A stretch of 64,000 bases of DNA from NCBI GenBank assembly GCA_964016885.1, contig OZ024753.1, positions 45,694,001-45,758,000 of the forward strand, given 5' to 3'. Below are positions 1 through 20,757 of the stretch, piece after piece. Position numbers and translations under genes: made by a program. The notes under the pieces were generated by a model, which worked only from the letters and a program-made list of their open reading frames with translations, searched no databases and had not been told where the DNA came from. This stretch comes from Eledone cirrhosa (lineage: Eukaryota). The number at the start of each line of letters is the position of its first letter. Position 1 is the first letter of the stretch.

Positions 1-1680
<1,680 letters not shown>

Positions 1681-2246
1681 TTTGAACAGATTTCACTGAA
1701 TGGAGCCAATGGCAAGGAAGCTAACCTAGCAATTAACAGCACTGAAAACAATTCTATTCAATTCAATTCTTTATGAATCTTAGAATCCCGAAATATACAA
1801 AGAAATAGCTATTGATATCAGTAAATAGAAAAATTAGACATTACGTTATCCGCCATTTAACTCGGTTGCGATGTAAATGTGACTTACGTTTCACTGGATT
1901 ATACATAATGCATGGCTGTACACAAAGGAGGGAACACTTGGAGAGGATTATAACTTCCAATCGTCATCGTCAACGGCCACGTTTTGATTGGATTCCCTTT
2001 GATATCTTACACGAGATTAGCTGATGTGATTGGAATTTAGAAAATAGTGAGCTGCTATGAATTGATGTCCTACTTTGACGCTGTTTTCTACTTTTTTTTT
2101 CAATCATGCGTTGACATTGGCTTTACGCTAGCGATACTCAATATTCGCAGACTGTCTGCTTAATTTCCCTCCATAATATGGTGAGGTACTATCAGACATA
2201 CTACGCTTTCTCTCCTCTCTGTCTCTCTGTCTCCCTATTCATATGT

Positions 2247-2279
<33 letters not shown>

Positions 2280-2281
2280 CA

Positions 2282-2345
<64 letters not shown>

Positions 2346-2347
2346 CA

Positions 2348-2392
<45 letters not shown>

Positions 2393-2746
2393 TCCTACAT
2401 ATGTATACATATTTATCTCGATGTTTGTATGTGTGTACATATGTGTATCTATTGGGTGTATATCGTCGTACTGAAATTCATATTTCTACTAGGGAACACT
2501 GCCGAATATATTTCGGTATTGGAAAGTATATTCTTTGGAATACATTCCGACACATCTTTAAATACATTGCATATACATACATATACATACATATACATAC
2601 ACCTACTCGCCCCTCAAATGGACACCTCCACACACACTCACACACACACACACACACACACGTATATCTATCAATAAATCAATCAATCAATCAATCAACC
2701 GATATATATATACATATATATACATATAATACCCACCCCCACCCCC

Positions 2747-2810
<64 letters not shown>

Positions 2811-2813
2811 ATA

Positions 2814-3073
2814 TAAGGCGGGTAAAATTCCCGAGATCCATGGACGAGTTCTTTCCAGCGGTCTCTGTCCCTCATTATCGCTGCCATGCTCAAAAGTGAC
2901 ACAGAGGAGACTGAGGTTGGCTGAACATGCTCACCGACATCCAGAGTTGACATTGCACTCAGTACTCCTTTGGGAGCCCCTACATGGACACACTAGAAGA
3001 GGAAGACCAAGGTTAACGTATGTTGATGCCCTAAGGATAGACACTGGTCTGTTGGAGACACAGGACATGGCAG

Positions 3074-3078
<5 letters not shown>
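2814..3078 (-). mobile_element. 5'-inverted 3' fragment of an RTE-clade LINE inserted in (TA)n
   Basis: + strand 2889-3078 encodes QRRLRLAEHAHRHPELTLHSVLLWEPLHGHTRRGRPRLTYVDALRIDTGLLETQDMAA. The - strand 2888-2814 continues MAAIMRDRDRWKELVHGSREFYPP. Together these form the typical RTE ORF C-terminus (RRLR..GH, G.R.RGRP..T, DR..W). Confidence 0.85.
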
Positions 3079-3131
<53 letters not shown>

Positions 3132-3247
3132 CTATGGAGAGTAAGTGTTAAAGGGTGGGAAAGTATTGAGTACATAGACATATATGTAATTATATATCCC
3201 CAATTCAGAACGTAGACCCACCACTTACCACACGACACCACTCCCCA

Positions 3248-3343
3248 CTTACGACATCACTCCACATTACATCCCACCACTCCCTCACATTCACCTTACG
3301 ACATCACTCCACATTACATCCCACCACTCCCTCACATTCACCT
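3248..3343. repeat. Perfect 47-bp tandem duplication in a C/A-rich segment
   Basis: cttacgacatcactccacattacatcccaccactccctcacattcac occurs at 3248 and 3295. Confidence 0.9.
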
Positions 3344-3734
3344 ATACACATGATAAACACCTATAAGTTTCCATGCCTATAAATCTATCACTTCGCCCTG
3401 TCGCCTAACTCTTGTGTAAACCATATAATATTACTATCTCCTAACACCTTCTAACATCCTACTTCAAAACTAGAACATACTATAATTGAACTGGACATAT
3501 ATGACATATATAGTCCGTTCTATTTCCCCAAATTAGACGTTTTAGAATTCTGTCTTTCAATTTTCATGAGTTTCACCATAATTCCACATCGTCAGCTCAA
3601 ATGCTCCAACAGAATTCTTTTTAAAAAAAAATGTTCTCTTGTAATAATAGTAATGATATGATTTGAGAAATTTACTGCATGGAAATTATCATCGCGATTG
3701 TAAAAGTGCAAAATAAATATATACCTTTGTATAG

Positions 3735-4023
<289 letters not shown>

Positions 4024-4824
4024 TTATTCATACACATATAGATTTCTGTGTGTTTGTGTATATGTCTTTATATCGGTGAATGTGAATGTGTTTGTTTTTT
4101 TTTCGTTGAATGCCAGTGTGTGTACGTATAGGTAATTATTATAAAGACTTGATTGATAGAGAAATGAAGCGATTCTGTTAGGGACTGGTTTCATGCCGTG
4201 CCTGTATAGATTAATTTGATATCACCCATGCCTGAAATCAGTTTATTCCGTGGTTCTCTACCACTCTATGACCTTACCATGTGTTACGACATCAATATCT
4301 TTAGAAAGAGAACATTCCGTCAGAAGGACGTGACAAATTCTCATTTGAAACATATTTGTAAAGCACAATATTCTGCAGACTACTCTCGTTTATCTTAAGT
4401 CTCTCTCGCTACATTGATTATCAAGTTATTTCGCCCGTGTTTTAATATTTTGCAGTACTTTACCAATACAGAGTTTCGGCACGTGTGAAGCACTTTAATT
4501 AATATCCCACTTTCCGCCTTTCCGTCCGATATTCATTCACTGCTATGTGTCAACTAAAAAAGAAAAACTATTTAATAACACATGGAGGCAGGTATTATAC
4601 TCCTCTCGATTCACACACACACACACACATTTATACTAATCATACACTCGTACACAGACACACGGCATTCAACACCACTTACCTACGACCCAATGAGTGA
4701 AAATCTTTGTATGTGGTTGCAAGACCTGCATGAAAGTGTAAATAATCTTTCGCAAACTGCATGCTTCTCTATGTTATAGTTTAACACAGAATAAACGAAA
4801 TGGAAGATTGGATAATGCAGCCTC

Positions 4825-4854
<30 letters not shown>

Positions 4855-4855
<1 letters not shown>

Positions 4856-5008
4856 TTAAAATAACAGATTAAAGTTTAAGCGATTCTTTGCTTAAACTTT
4901 AATCTGATATTTTAATAATTTTTTGCTCTAGGGTTCTTATATATTTGATATATATTTATTCTTATCGAGCCATCTTTGAATTTTAGTCTTCATATTTATT
5001 ATTATTAC
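4855..5008 (+). mobile_element. TA-embedded element family A, foldback copy
   Basis: Arms 4855-4881 and 4890-4916 (1 mismatch), then the family 3' end ...cttatcgagcc..tttagtcttca.atttattattattac(TA)n, shared with the copies at 24317, 25990, 35238 and 53226. Confidence 0.8.
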
Positions 5009-5047
<39 letters not shown>

Positions 5048-5324
5048 ACACGATATACACCAGCCACCCCGCTATTTTCGCCATCTGATGCTGCTAAGGT
5101 AGAGAAATTTGGTAAGTTGGCACAATAGTGACATCAATTACATTTTGATAAACATACTCTCTAATGGGTAGAATTATATTTATGATCAAGGCCCTGTTCA
5201 GAGAGAGAGGGGGGGAAGGACTGTTTCATGAGAGGGGGGCGGGCATTCGTCGCACTCCACCTCCTTCGCTTCCAACCCGGTTAACTGTTCCTTTGTTTTA
5301 CATGTGCATTATATATATATATAT

Positions 5325-5352
5325 TTATTAAAATAACAGATTAAAGTTTAAG
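5325..5352. mobile_element. Family A inverted-arm fragment
   Basis: ttattaaaataacagattaaagtttaag matches the inverted arm of the other family A copies and directly follows (TA)n. Confidence 0.65.
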
Positions 5353-5394
5353 TACTATATATAATATGCATATGCATATACGTGTACCATGTGC

Positions 5395-5427
<33 letters not shown>

Positions 5428-5543
5428 CGTCTTTCTTCTTTCGCCATTCACCTTTTTTCTTCCGTATTCTCTGTTTTTCCCGATTTCCTTTTTATTATAT
5501 TTATGATGTACATTTACAACATTTACATGTCTGCTCCGATTGA

Positions 5544-5594
<51 letters not shown>

Positions 5595-6103
5595 AGTTAC
5601 ATTGCTTTGCAGTATGTAGCTTAGTTTATGTGTATGTGTGAAATGCTGCATCATGTCTGTGTAGTTGTGTCTGTATGTGTTTCACATGTAGACTAATTCA
5701 CTGTGTTTGTTTCTATGTGAGTATGTGTGAAGTGATATGTCTTGCATGTGTGATTGTGTGTGTATATATATATCTAGGTTGTGAATTAGATATGTTTCAC
5801 TTTATTCCTTCCTTTATGTGTATGTATGAAGTGACGTATCATTCTACCTATGTATATCATTAATATGTATAATACACAGTGCCTGTGTGTATAACATTCA
5901 TATGTATGGTACACAGTGTGTGTGTGTATATGATAATCTGTGTGTCCGTTTGTAGTATAATGTTTCATAATATTTGCTGCGTGTATATTTTGATGTTCGT
6001 GTTCGCCTTTATAAGTATGAATATCACTGTGTGTGTCAGTGTGTAAGTGTACATATATATATATATACATACATATATATGTGTGTGTGTGTGTGTGTGT
6101 GAG

Positions 6104-6135
<32 letters not shown>

Positions 6136-6972
6136 CGTGCGTGTGTGAGTGTGTGTGTCTGTGTGTGTTAGAAACGTATAATATGTTCAGGTATGTTGGT
6201 TCGTTGATGTTCGTGTCCGTGGGGGGAGGCGTATCACGAGGTCTGCTGCAATAGTGTTCGTGTTGCTGATTGCGTCTGCGCCAAATTTCAGTGTCTCTGT
6301 GAATTGTATTTATGAATGAACTTCTATATACATTTGTTTCTAAGTATATGTATAAATGTAGGATATTGCATGCGTTGTTCGTCTTGATCATGCTCATTCA
6401 TTTGATATAGTTTTAATTTATACATTTCCTTACGTTTGAAGTAATCTTTCATAACCTCTTGATTTTATTTATGGATATCCATAAGACGAAAATTACTGCG
6501 AGATCAATGGTAAGAGTTTTTGAGAGCGGGGTGCCCGGAATGTTACAGACTAATGTATATAACTTTGAAAACTGAAAATGAAGGCAGTAGAATTTATGAT
6601 CAAAAGAATCAATGGATATCTAACGTTGTAAATGTTGGCTACAAACTAATATAATTACAGCTAGGTTCTTCAACGTATATTACAGTGTTTAATAGCAATA
6701 ATGTTCTGAGGAATTTTACTCCGGTAATTTCCCTTAAGCCTATGTATATGTTAGAAATACACGCTGCTCCATTCCCGACGAAAAAAGGAAAATCAAACAA
6801 ACAAACAAACAAACAAAAAAATACAGAACACAAAAACAGTTAAATAAATAAAAATAAGTGAATATTAGATAATAAAATAAATAAAACATATTTGAAACAT
6901 GCCATCATCAATATATGTTCTTCTTATTCATACTTTCATACGAAATTGTTACTATTATCATTGTTATTATTA

Positions 6973-7114
6973 TTTAAATCCCACTGAGGTGTGCTTTACC
7001 TTTCATCCTTACGGGGTCCATAAAATAAAGTACCAGTAATGCACTGGGGTAGATTTAATCGTATTTCCCCCTTCCCCTAAATCGTTGGCCTTGTGCCTAA
7101 ATCAGAAACCATTA
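6973..7114 (+). mobile_element. tRNA-derived SINE family S1, 5'-truncated
   Basis: Body cctttcatccttacggggtc.ataaaataaagtaccagtaatgcactggg...ggccttgtgcctaaa, shared with eight other copies. Confidence 0.85.
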
Positions 7115-7154
7115 TAATTATTTATATATTGGCTACTAGGGCCGACACAAAAAG

Positions 7155-7410
7155 GAGAATCGCATGAGGTGGAGTTTGTCGTGTATAGATCTATTCCAGA
7201 TTGCGCACGTTTGTGCTTCCCTACCAGACGTTTATCAGCGCAAATCCCTTTGCTATCATCTTATGTTAAATCAGATTTAGGGGTCAGATGTTATCAATAA
7301 TGTCCCCGTTGTTCTTGTCTTTCCTCATCAACATTACTACACCGCTAAGTTTAGGAATATCCCCGTTCTGTTGCCTGTTGTGGTAGACAGCTTTAAGGAT
7401 ATCGGAGATT
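7155..7410 (-). mobile_element. Decayed Tx1/L1-clade LINE reverse transcriptase fragment
   Basis: The - strand reads DILKAVYHNRQQNGDIPKLSGVVMLMRKDKNNGDIIDNI*PL..KMIAK, then after frameshifts AQTCAIWNRSIHDKLHLMR. This matches the RT N-terminal G.IP / L+.K / N.RP / K++AK / Q...R.I.D motifs. Confidence 0.75.
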
Positions 7411-8907
7411 GTTTAAGTTCTTTATTTTAAGAAATACTTAAGAAATATTCTTTAAAGCGACCTTTTTCACGTGGATATAAAACATTGTCTTTCGTCTCGA
7501 TAGCAGCTATAATTGCATTCCATCTCTGCAAATATCCATCTTGATCTCTTCTTATAACAATGGTGATTTAGTTGTTCAGTTCTTCAGTTATCCAGTTATA
7601 CAGCAATGTTATCCATTACTGTTGCACTCGAAACCGTATTCTCAACTTATAAGTAGGTATTGGATTAATGTATATTATAAGATGTAAAGTGAATTTACCT
7701 TTTGCATTATATTTCGAAATCACTTTATGGATATCAGCATCTAGGTACCATTTGCATGCTAAGTAATCTCAACATTAGTTCCGTTGTAACCGTCACAGAC
7801 GCCACCATCTCTACCATCGTATATGAATGAACCAACAGCAACGTAAACTACTAATACAACATTACAACTGCCCCGACCATAACCAATAATTCCATTACCA
7901 TCAGAGTGATCGCTATTAATACATTAAAATGTATTAAACGAATCCCCCCACTACCTTTTCTTTCTCTTTCTCACTCTATTTCTCTCATATTAGGAAAGCA
8001 ATTTTAACTCGATCATCATTTTCGAGCGATTTATTACATTTATGTTGGAAATGATATAAAACTCCATCTTGTAAGTTGAAAATATCTAAAGATGTTCGCT
8101 TTCATCTTAGAAAATGACCTCGAAGATAATTTGCGAACCCATATCGAATAGTAATAGTTTGATATCGCCAATATCTGATCCGTTATAAATATAGGGTGGG
8201 GTTTCTAGAAATAAGTGGATTTCTACATTATATCTTAAAACCTAACGCATTAAATATAATATCATTAATACTGGCATATTTCAGCTTTAGATTTATGATG
8301 ATTTCAAATTCGTTGGAGAATTATGACCCGAATTCAACTTTTCCCTATGTCGACATTTTCTGTATAACGTCGGTATTTAAAGATCATATTTCGTAAATAA
8401 TAATATTAAAATAATATTGTATTTCTAGAGTTATATTGAGGAACGTCGTCTACATTATAAATTTGATACTGTTATTTTCCTAACAATAGCTAAAATTACC
8501 TACCTAGATTAAATTCAGAAATAATAACAAAATAATAATAAATATATATATTTATGTATCATAGGAAAGAAATATAAGAATATTGATGAATAATGAATGA
8601 CGAATATCGTATTGAGTATTTCTGAAAGTACGGGAAACAAGTGTACACGTTTCGCATTTATCATGATCTCGTCAGGGAATCAGTAAGAAAATTGACAAAA
8701 TATGCGCTGTTTTAATGGATTTTTTTATACACATATGCTTTACTATTGCTCTATGTGTGTATATGTGTTTGTGTGTGTGTATGTGTATGAGTGTGTGTGT
8801 GTATGTATATATATATATGGCATTATACGGCAATTTTCCTCAGGGGAAATACGATGAGCAAATATTGAATAAATGAAGCCGTACAAAAATTTAGACAACC
8901 CCCGAAA

Positions 8908-8990
<83 letters not shown>

Positions 8991-9624
8991 CTCATAAAAA
9001 ATATTTTACTTGAACAAATTCAAAATTTGTAAGGAATTCTCTACGTTATAAAAACTTTGATATATCACGTTCAATGCTCGTGTTTGTAGGCTTGTGTGTG
9101 TGTGCATGCGTGTGTGTGTTGCGCATACTCAACGCAAAACATAATGTGATGATAATGGAATGGGAATATATTTATATTTATATATTATAGATGTGAGGTA
9201 AACATATCTGTACATATTATCATTCCAAAGAATAATAAATAAAGAATACAAACCACACACAATTCTTCTTCTTCTCTGGTTGCATGCAACACTTTAACAT
9301 ATATTAATACTCTATACATAATATCTCTCTTACATATCCAATACAACAAATTTAAATGGATATAAAAATGCATTTAAATGTAATAATATTCCTAAAATAA
9401 TATCGATGGATATATACATATAACCAGGAGGCAAATCATGGATGGGTATGCATATAATGCACACATGCACACGGAAGCAAAGATACACACATACACACAC
9501 TTATAATTATATGACTATGTATCTCCATATATATATATATACACTCATTTAAAATATATAATTACTTCTGTATGTGGATGTGTTTTTCTATATACATGCC
9601 TAAGCATGATTTGCCTCCAGGTTG

Positions 9625-13387
<3,763 letters not shown>

Positions 13388-13689
13388 CGTAAGATAAGAA
13401 AATTATAAAATTATAAAAAATTATGAAATTGACTTACTAAAATATCACTTCCAACTAATTAGTTTCTGGAATGGAGTAAATATATTTTCCAAAGAATATA
13501 TAGAAAAGCATTCCGTCGTCAGGAAAGTCTATTTTCATGTAAGTTTCCAGGCATATCGAGGACTCTTGAAACTTATTAAAAAATAATTCAGTGGAAAGGA
13601 AATAGCGAAGCATGGACTGAAATCCTAGCCATTGAGAAAATCACTGCCTCTACGTCTGTGGCAAATTCAAAAAGAATCAATCACGTTGC

Positions 13690-13924
13690 TAGGCACAAGT
13701 CCTAGCAACGTTCGCATCTCCACGTCATCGCTGTTGTCCAAGGGAAAGGCAATGACTGATACCGCTTGACAGCAGTGACGTCACAACTTATTGCTACATC
13801 TGAGTCAACCAGAACAACGCGAAATTTAAATATCTTCCCCAAGGACACAACACAGGTCAGTCAGGGAATCGAGCTGACAACATCCCGATTGTAAGGCCAA
13901 CGCGCTAACCACTAAGAGCTACGC
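13690..13924 (-). mobile_element. tRNA-derived CORE-type SINE
   Basis: Reverse complement starts gcgtagctcttagtggttagcgcg (A-box-like), then gctcgattccc (B-box-like), then tgtgtccttggggaagatatttaa (CORE-like). Homologous to 40035-40185 and 27062-27130. Confidence 0.7.
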
Positions 13925-14069
13925 TATCATATATAATTATATATATGTATATATGGGGGGGGGGGGTATGCTTGCAGATATGTAGATAAATGAATACAAA
14001 ACGTGAGAGATCGATCGAGTTACATACATACAGATATACGTATGTGTATGTATAAACACACATGGTAAT

Positions 14070-14760
<691 letters not shown>

Positions 14761-15429
14761 TATTTATAAACGAGAACTATCCAATGCAACTCTCTATATA
14801 TTGTATATATTCTACTTCTTATCCCCGTGTCTCCTCTTTGAAACATTTGTTTCTTGAGAATGGTCTATAGATTTACCATTATTTATAATTTCCTTAAATG
14901 TTGCAGTGGCTCGTAATAGCTATTCTCTAACATCCATATCCTCAAATATATATTACAATTTTCTTATAGATGTAAATAATACTTCATGCTGTTAAATAAA
15001 GGATTATATTATATAATAAATGTTTATTGATAAATGACTATATAGACAAGGGTGTTGACAGGAATCTAATATAGTTTACAATGATATTGTTTCTGGATGG
15101 TTAAGTGTCGTTTCTCACTCAGAAATGCTGTGAAGTTTGCAAATGTGTCATTCACAAGACATTTCATCTGTCAAGCTTCAATATTTATATAAACAAAATT
15201 TATTCCACATTACATATTGAATATGTTTATATTTATGGCAACATATATGGTAATATATCCACAATTATCAAACTACATCCAACAAAAGCTAATGATGTTC
15301 TGGATCTTGGCTCCATAAATAAACCCACAGTCTTCCACAATATAAGATTGAGACCGAAGGTTTTCCCAGATCATATTATGCAAAGGAACTTTGGCATAAC
15401 CCCATCATACCCGCTTCCAATATTTTCTC

Positions 15430-15615
15430 TCGGGTGTTAGACTACTCGGAGAGCCAGGATGCAGGAAGATATATCCTGTCTATAAATTTGAGGGTAGAAC
15501 ATATAGGAAAAACTACAGATCTGCCATCTCTTCCACATCTTAGCTTCCTTGGTCTTTTTATTTCTACTTTTATATCTCATGCTGATGAATGACAAGCGTC
15601 AGAAACGTTAATACT
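15430..15615 (+). mobile_element. Possible Penelope-like remnant ending in a hammerhead core
   Basis: CTGATGA-a-tgac-aagc-gtca-GAAAC-GTT at 15582-15609. Upstream fragments PGCRKIY, LRVEH and SAI weakly recall a GIY-YIG endonuclease. Confidence 0.35.
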
Positions 15616-15730
15616 ATTTGCCTAATATATAAAAAGTTAAACTAATACATATCTTCATTGTACACTATTGTTAGTCTTGCTGTTTTCCGTTTATCTTTCG
15701 CTTGCAAACACATACACACACACAATCAAT

Positions 15731-15823
<93 letters not shown>

Positions 15824-15937
15824 TATATACTATATGGGCTATAAACGAAAGAAAAATAGCAATTAACATATAATGTGGAAGATGAGTTCAACGTTTGTAC
15901 ATCTGTGAGATTGCTGGTAATGCATAAATAATCAAAC

Positions 15938-16020
<83 letters not shown>

Positions 16021-16463
16021 GTGTTTATGCGCCTCTGTGTGTGTTTGTGTGTATGCGACTGTGTGTGGTTTTATATATCTTATAGAAAGTACAATTTCCT
16101 TTATTGATTTTTTTTTCTAATAAAAACAAACGAAGGCAAATTACAAAAATCCATAAAGCGCACAGGATTATCATACAGTGGAAAAATATATTGTATAGTT
16201 TAAGAAAAACCCTACATATATATCAAAGACAAAAATATATATATATATATATATTCAGAAGCTCTATCATTATGCATAAAACAAAACAAAAAAACGAATT
16301 TCCTGCTTATTTCCGTTTTTCAGACGAGAAAAGAAAACTACGAACAAAATGGCGGCTAAGCAAATATAATTTTCAGCACGATTATATACACATGAAACCA
16401 TTGACTATATACACTAACGCCTACGTATATATATATATGTATATGCTTATATATATGTGTGTG

Positions 16464-16521
<58 letters not shown>

Positions 16522-17058
16522 CATGTATATATAAGCATTTCTCTGTGTATTTTCGTGTTTCGAAATAAGTGATGTATACATAAGCATATAGAATATTGTA
16601 AAAGAGATCAGAAAAATTATATGTTTGTGTATATGCATGACCTGGCCTGCTTGTATGCGTCTGAGATTAGACATAAATTGAAACATGTTCTATAAATTCT
16701 ATTTTGTACTACGGTGGACCAAAAAAATGGATCTCTGTATTTTTAATACGGAACAATAGGATGGTGTCTTTACAATGGACCTCGGCTGAAAACAAACCTC
16801 TATTCTTGTGTTTGTTCTGTGTTGTTTAATATGCATGACTCTAATATACATATATACATATATACTTTGTATACGAAAGGTCTCCACACGTTATCTCTCT
16901 ATAGCTACATACATATATATACCGTGTATACGAAATAATTCCACTCTCTATCTGTTTATACATACATGCATACATATATACAGTGTATACAAAATGGGTT
17001 CACGTTCTATCATTCTGCCAAATGACATTCATAATGTATTGGCATTAATAGTAGAAAT

Positions 17059-17249
17059 GGCGGTAGATTGGCAGTATCGGTAGAGGGTCGGACACTATGC
17101 TTTGCAGCATAGAGTTACAGCCCTTTATGATATGAGTTCAAATCCCGCCGAGGTTAACTTTGCCTTTCATCTTTACGGGGGTCGATAAAATAAAGTACCA
17201 GTAATGCACTGGGTAATTGCTGGCCTTATGCCAAAAGTAGAAACAATTA
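17059..17249 (+). mobile_element. SINE family S1, full length (internal-deletion variant)
   Basis: A box tggcagtatcggt, B box gagttcaaatcc, conserved body; 14-bp TSD attaatagtagaaa (17044-17057 / 17246-17259). Confidence 0.92.
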
Positions 17250-17274
17250 ATAGTAGAAAGATGGATTAATAATA

Positions 17275-17483
17275 GGCGGTGGATCGTTAGAACGTTAGGC
17301 AATATCCTTTGCAGCATAGAGTTATGGCCGTTTACGTTCTGGTTTCAAATCCCACCGAGTTTAGTTTTGCCTTTCCACCTTACGGGCTCGTTGAAATAAA
17401 ATACCAGTTGCGCACTGGGGTCGATTTAAACGACTTTCCCTCCCATAAATGTTTTGTTCTGCCTAAATCAAAAACTGCTATTA
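17275..17483 (+). mobile_element. SINE family S1, diverged long variant
   Basis: Same head and body, retaining the ggggtcgatttaaacgactttccc segment; lies immediately 3' of the previous copy. Confidence 0.85.
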
Positions 17484-17819
17484 GTAATAGAGGTTTGATC
17501 AAGTGCCGCACTGTTAGAACGAACCCAGAACCACGTGTTATAGAAAGAACTATTTAAATACAATGGAATCCATGTATAAATGTGTATATATTACATGTGT
17601 ATAAATGTGTATATATTATATGTGTGAGTGGTTTTTTTTATAGTTATATCTTAATGGAATGTATGCTAATGTTCAGGAATATTGATTTGCTTACATAAAT
17701 AAATATTGTGCATGTGCATTATTGAAGATGTGTATATATAACTAAGTTCCAATCTATAATATATACATATATAAATATATACATTCTCACACAGGCATAT
17801 ATTCACACATATATGTCTA

Positions 17820-18090
17820 TGTATGTATGTATATGTACCTAAGTAGATATATAGGTATGAGGTAAATCTACCTGTAATGTATGTATGTATATATGTATGT
17901 ATATATCTATGTATGTATATGTGTGTATATATATGTATATCTAAGTAGATATATAGGTATGAGATGAATGTACATGTATGTATATATGTATGTATGCATA
18001 TATCTATGTATCCATAAATCTATGTATGTATGTATATATATGTATATCTAAGTAGATATATATAGGTATGATGCGAATGTACATGTAAAT
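17820..18090. repeat. ~105-bp three-unit minisatellite
   Basis: ctaagtagatatataggtatga-like core at 17839, 17941 and 18048, with TATG-rich spacers. Confidence 0.8.
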
Positions 18091-18243
18091 GAGTATTTGA
18101 GAGTACAACTTAATGAAATAACATATGTATATATGCTATTGATCAATGGAAAAATATATTACAAACTTTATGTACGGAAGCTCAGAGTCTGGAAAATATG
18201 TCTCCCCTGATGCGAGAATATCGAATACTTAATAAACATACAA

Positions 18244-18304
<61 letters not shown>

Positions 18305-19151
18305 TGTGTGTGTGTATATATATATATATATACATATACGAGTATATATATATATATATATATATATATGCATGTATGAGTGTATATGGAAATTTGAAAG
18401 ATTTTAAATATAAAATATGTCACCGTCGTTTTCTTGACGCTCCGAGCATACCATCTCAATCCTTACAATACCTAAGAACACTTACATTTTCTTCTGCTGT
18501 CATATTCTCTCAACGCTTTCATACATTCTTTCAACATACAGATATATGTTATCTTTGTACTATCTCTTCACAAGTATATCCCTCGCTGAAAGCATTGAAA
18601 TTCATAATTCACTAGCAACGTCTGGAAATCTCTGTCTCTCTCTCTCTCTCTCACTTTTCCCTTCACAATCTTCAAAGTTTCCAAGTTCATGTCCTTCATA
18701 GAGAATCATGATGGCAATTTGAAAATTTTTTTCAACAATTGAATTTGAAACAGGTGAAAGGGCGGCAGAAAGAAGCTTTCATTTTTCTGTCTTACACTTA
18801 TCTCTGGAGTTTGATACGCCTGAGAACGTCGAAGAATTTAATCGTAACATTTAAATAAGTTTATCAAGTTAAGAATGAATGAAACTATAATGGCTTTGGG
18901 TCGGAGAAAATTTTATATGTAACGTAATTCTCTTTCATCTTAAATTTGAAAGAGAAGCTGTGTTCATAACAGACGAAATATTCTTGTATTTATCTTAAAA
19001 TTGTTTTTCATAATTCTCTTCCTACCCAAAACCTCGAAAACTTTACTTCTACTTTTCTACAGCTCATGTAATATATATATATATATAACATCTTCAATAC
19101 ATGCATAGAGACACAGACACACAGTCACACGTATATATAAATCGGCATGTA

Positions 19152-19196
<45 letters not shown>

Positions 19197-19275
19197 ATAT
19201 ATATGGGGTGGGGTTATAGATTTTATAAGACTGTCGCAGACACCTCACACAGGAATATACATACTAAAACACTCA

Positions 19276-19315
<40 letters not shown>

Positions 19316-19624
19316 TATATATCAGGGGCGGTGGAACTGGGAGGGGGGCTGGGACCATGCCTTTCACTCCCCCAATAATTATATTTTTCCTCCTTAAACA
19401 ACCAAAACACATCTATATGTATATGCACTACAATTTATATACATATTATGTTTATCGCATACTGAAATTTTCATATCTTGGTTGATATTTGATAATATAT
19501 TGTTACCTTCATAGCAAATTTGTTTGTCATGTGATAACTATTAATATTTCTGCACATATCACTATTTACCAATGGCTAGTATGTATATTCAGAGACAGAT
19601 TGCATAGGTCATTTTGCTATAATC

Positions 19625-19945
19625 ACGAGAGTGGGGGATGAAAGAGACCGTGTCGTGATAGATATAGAGAGGGGGGAGTTTGGTGGTAATGGATATAGAG
19701 AGAGGAATTGGGAGAGACTGTTGTATAGTTGATATAGAAAGTGGGAGAGTGTCGTGGTGATTTATACGGAGAGGGTGACTAGGAGATATAGATATAGACA
19801 GGGGGAGAATTTGGTGGTAATTGATATAGAGAGGGGGATTGAAAGACAGTTCTGTGTAGTAGATATAGAGAGGGGGGTTGAAAGAGAGTTCTGTGTAGTA
19901 GATATAGAGAGGGGTTTATGTTAATTGATATAGAGAGGGGGATTC
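19625..19945 (+). repeat. GA-rich minisatellite (core gatatagagaggggg), dispersed family
   Basis: About nine recurrences of the core; the reverse-complement homologue is at 55895-56070. Confidence 0.8.
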
Positions 19946-20171
19946 TACTCCAGAAATCAAATTGAAATAAAAAATATATGAAATTAAAATACAGTGATTA
20001 TATCAGAGTGAGATCACAGAAATAAATTAATAAATAAACCTTAGCCTGTGTATTGAGTGCTTCTGCTCCAATGAATATACCCAATTATATAGATAGTGTA
20101 CACACAGACACACACACACACACACACACATATATATGTATATATATATATACATACATATATATATTTTT

Positions 20172-20220
<49 letters not shown>

Positions 20221-20680
20221 CATTCATCATCATTATATTGATCTGCACATATGTTTTACTATCTAACGCTAGTTATATGGTTGGCCTATATTGCAGACTT
20301 GCTGAAATATATAATGTAAATGTTTCAGATATATCGACATAGAATTTGTGATAAACATATATTAAATAAGTTGGACAATGTGTTCTAAACACTCTGATAT
20401 AGTTTCGGATGAGATCAAATTAAATTCAATTAACTCACCAAATTAAGTGTGAATTAATTCTTAGAAAATAAAATCATCTTGTCCATTCCTTTGTTCGTTT
20501 TTCCAAATTAGAAGAGCATATTCTTTAGAGAATCATCTCATTGTTTAACTTAAAATTAATTCCTATTGTCTATATAAACAATAGAAATAGGAATGAACTT
20601 GTTGTCACTCTTTTATCTTTTTTTTCTGTTGCTAGCTAGGGCATATATACCGGCATACATACACAGATACATACAGACAT

Positions 20681-20757
<77 letters not shown>

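Noticed and set aside
2281-3144. 287-aa ORF with a non-repetitive C-terminal part
   Set aside because: Chance fusion of microsatellite frames with the rearranged RTE fragment.
5085-5110. Weak hammerhead-like strings (ctgatgctgctaaggtagagaaa; also near 18207, 44257 and 50003)
   Set aside because: Core mismatches and missing stems; indistinguishable from chance.
17059-17150. tRNA gene-like A/B boxes in SINE heads
   Set aside because: No full cloverleaf; continuous with the SINE body and bounded by TSDs.
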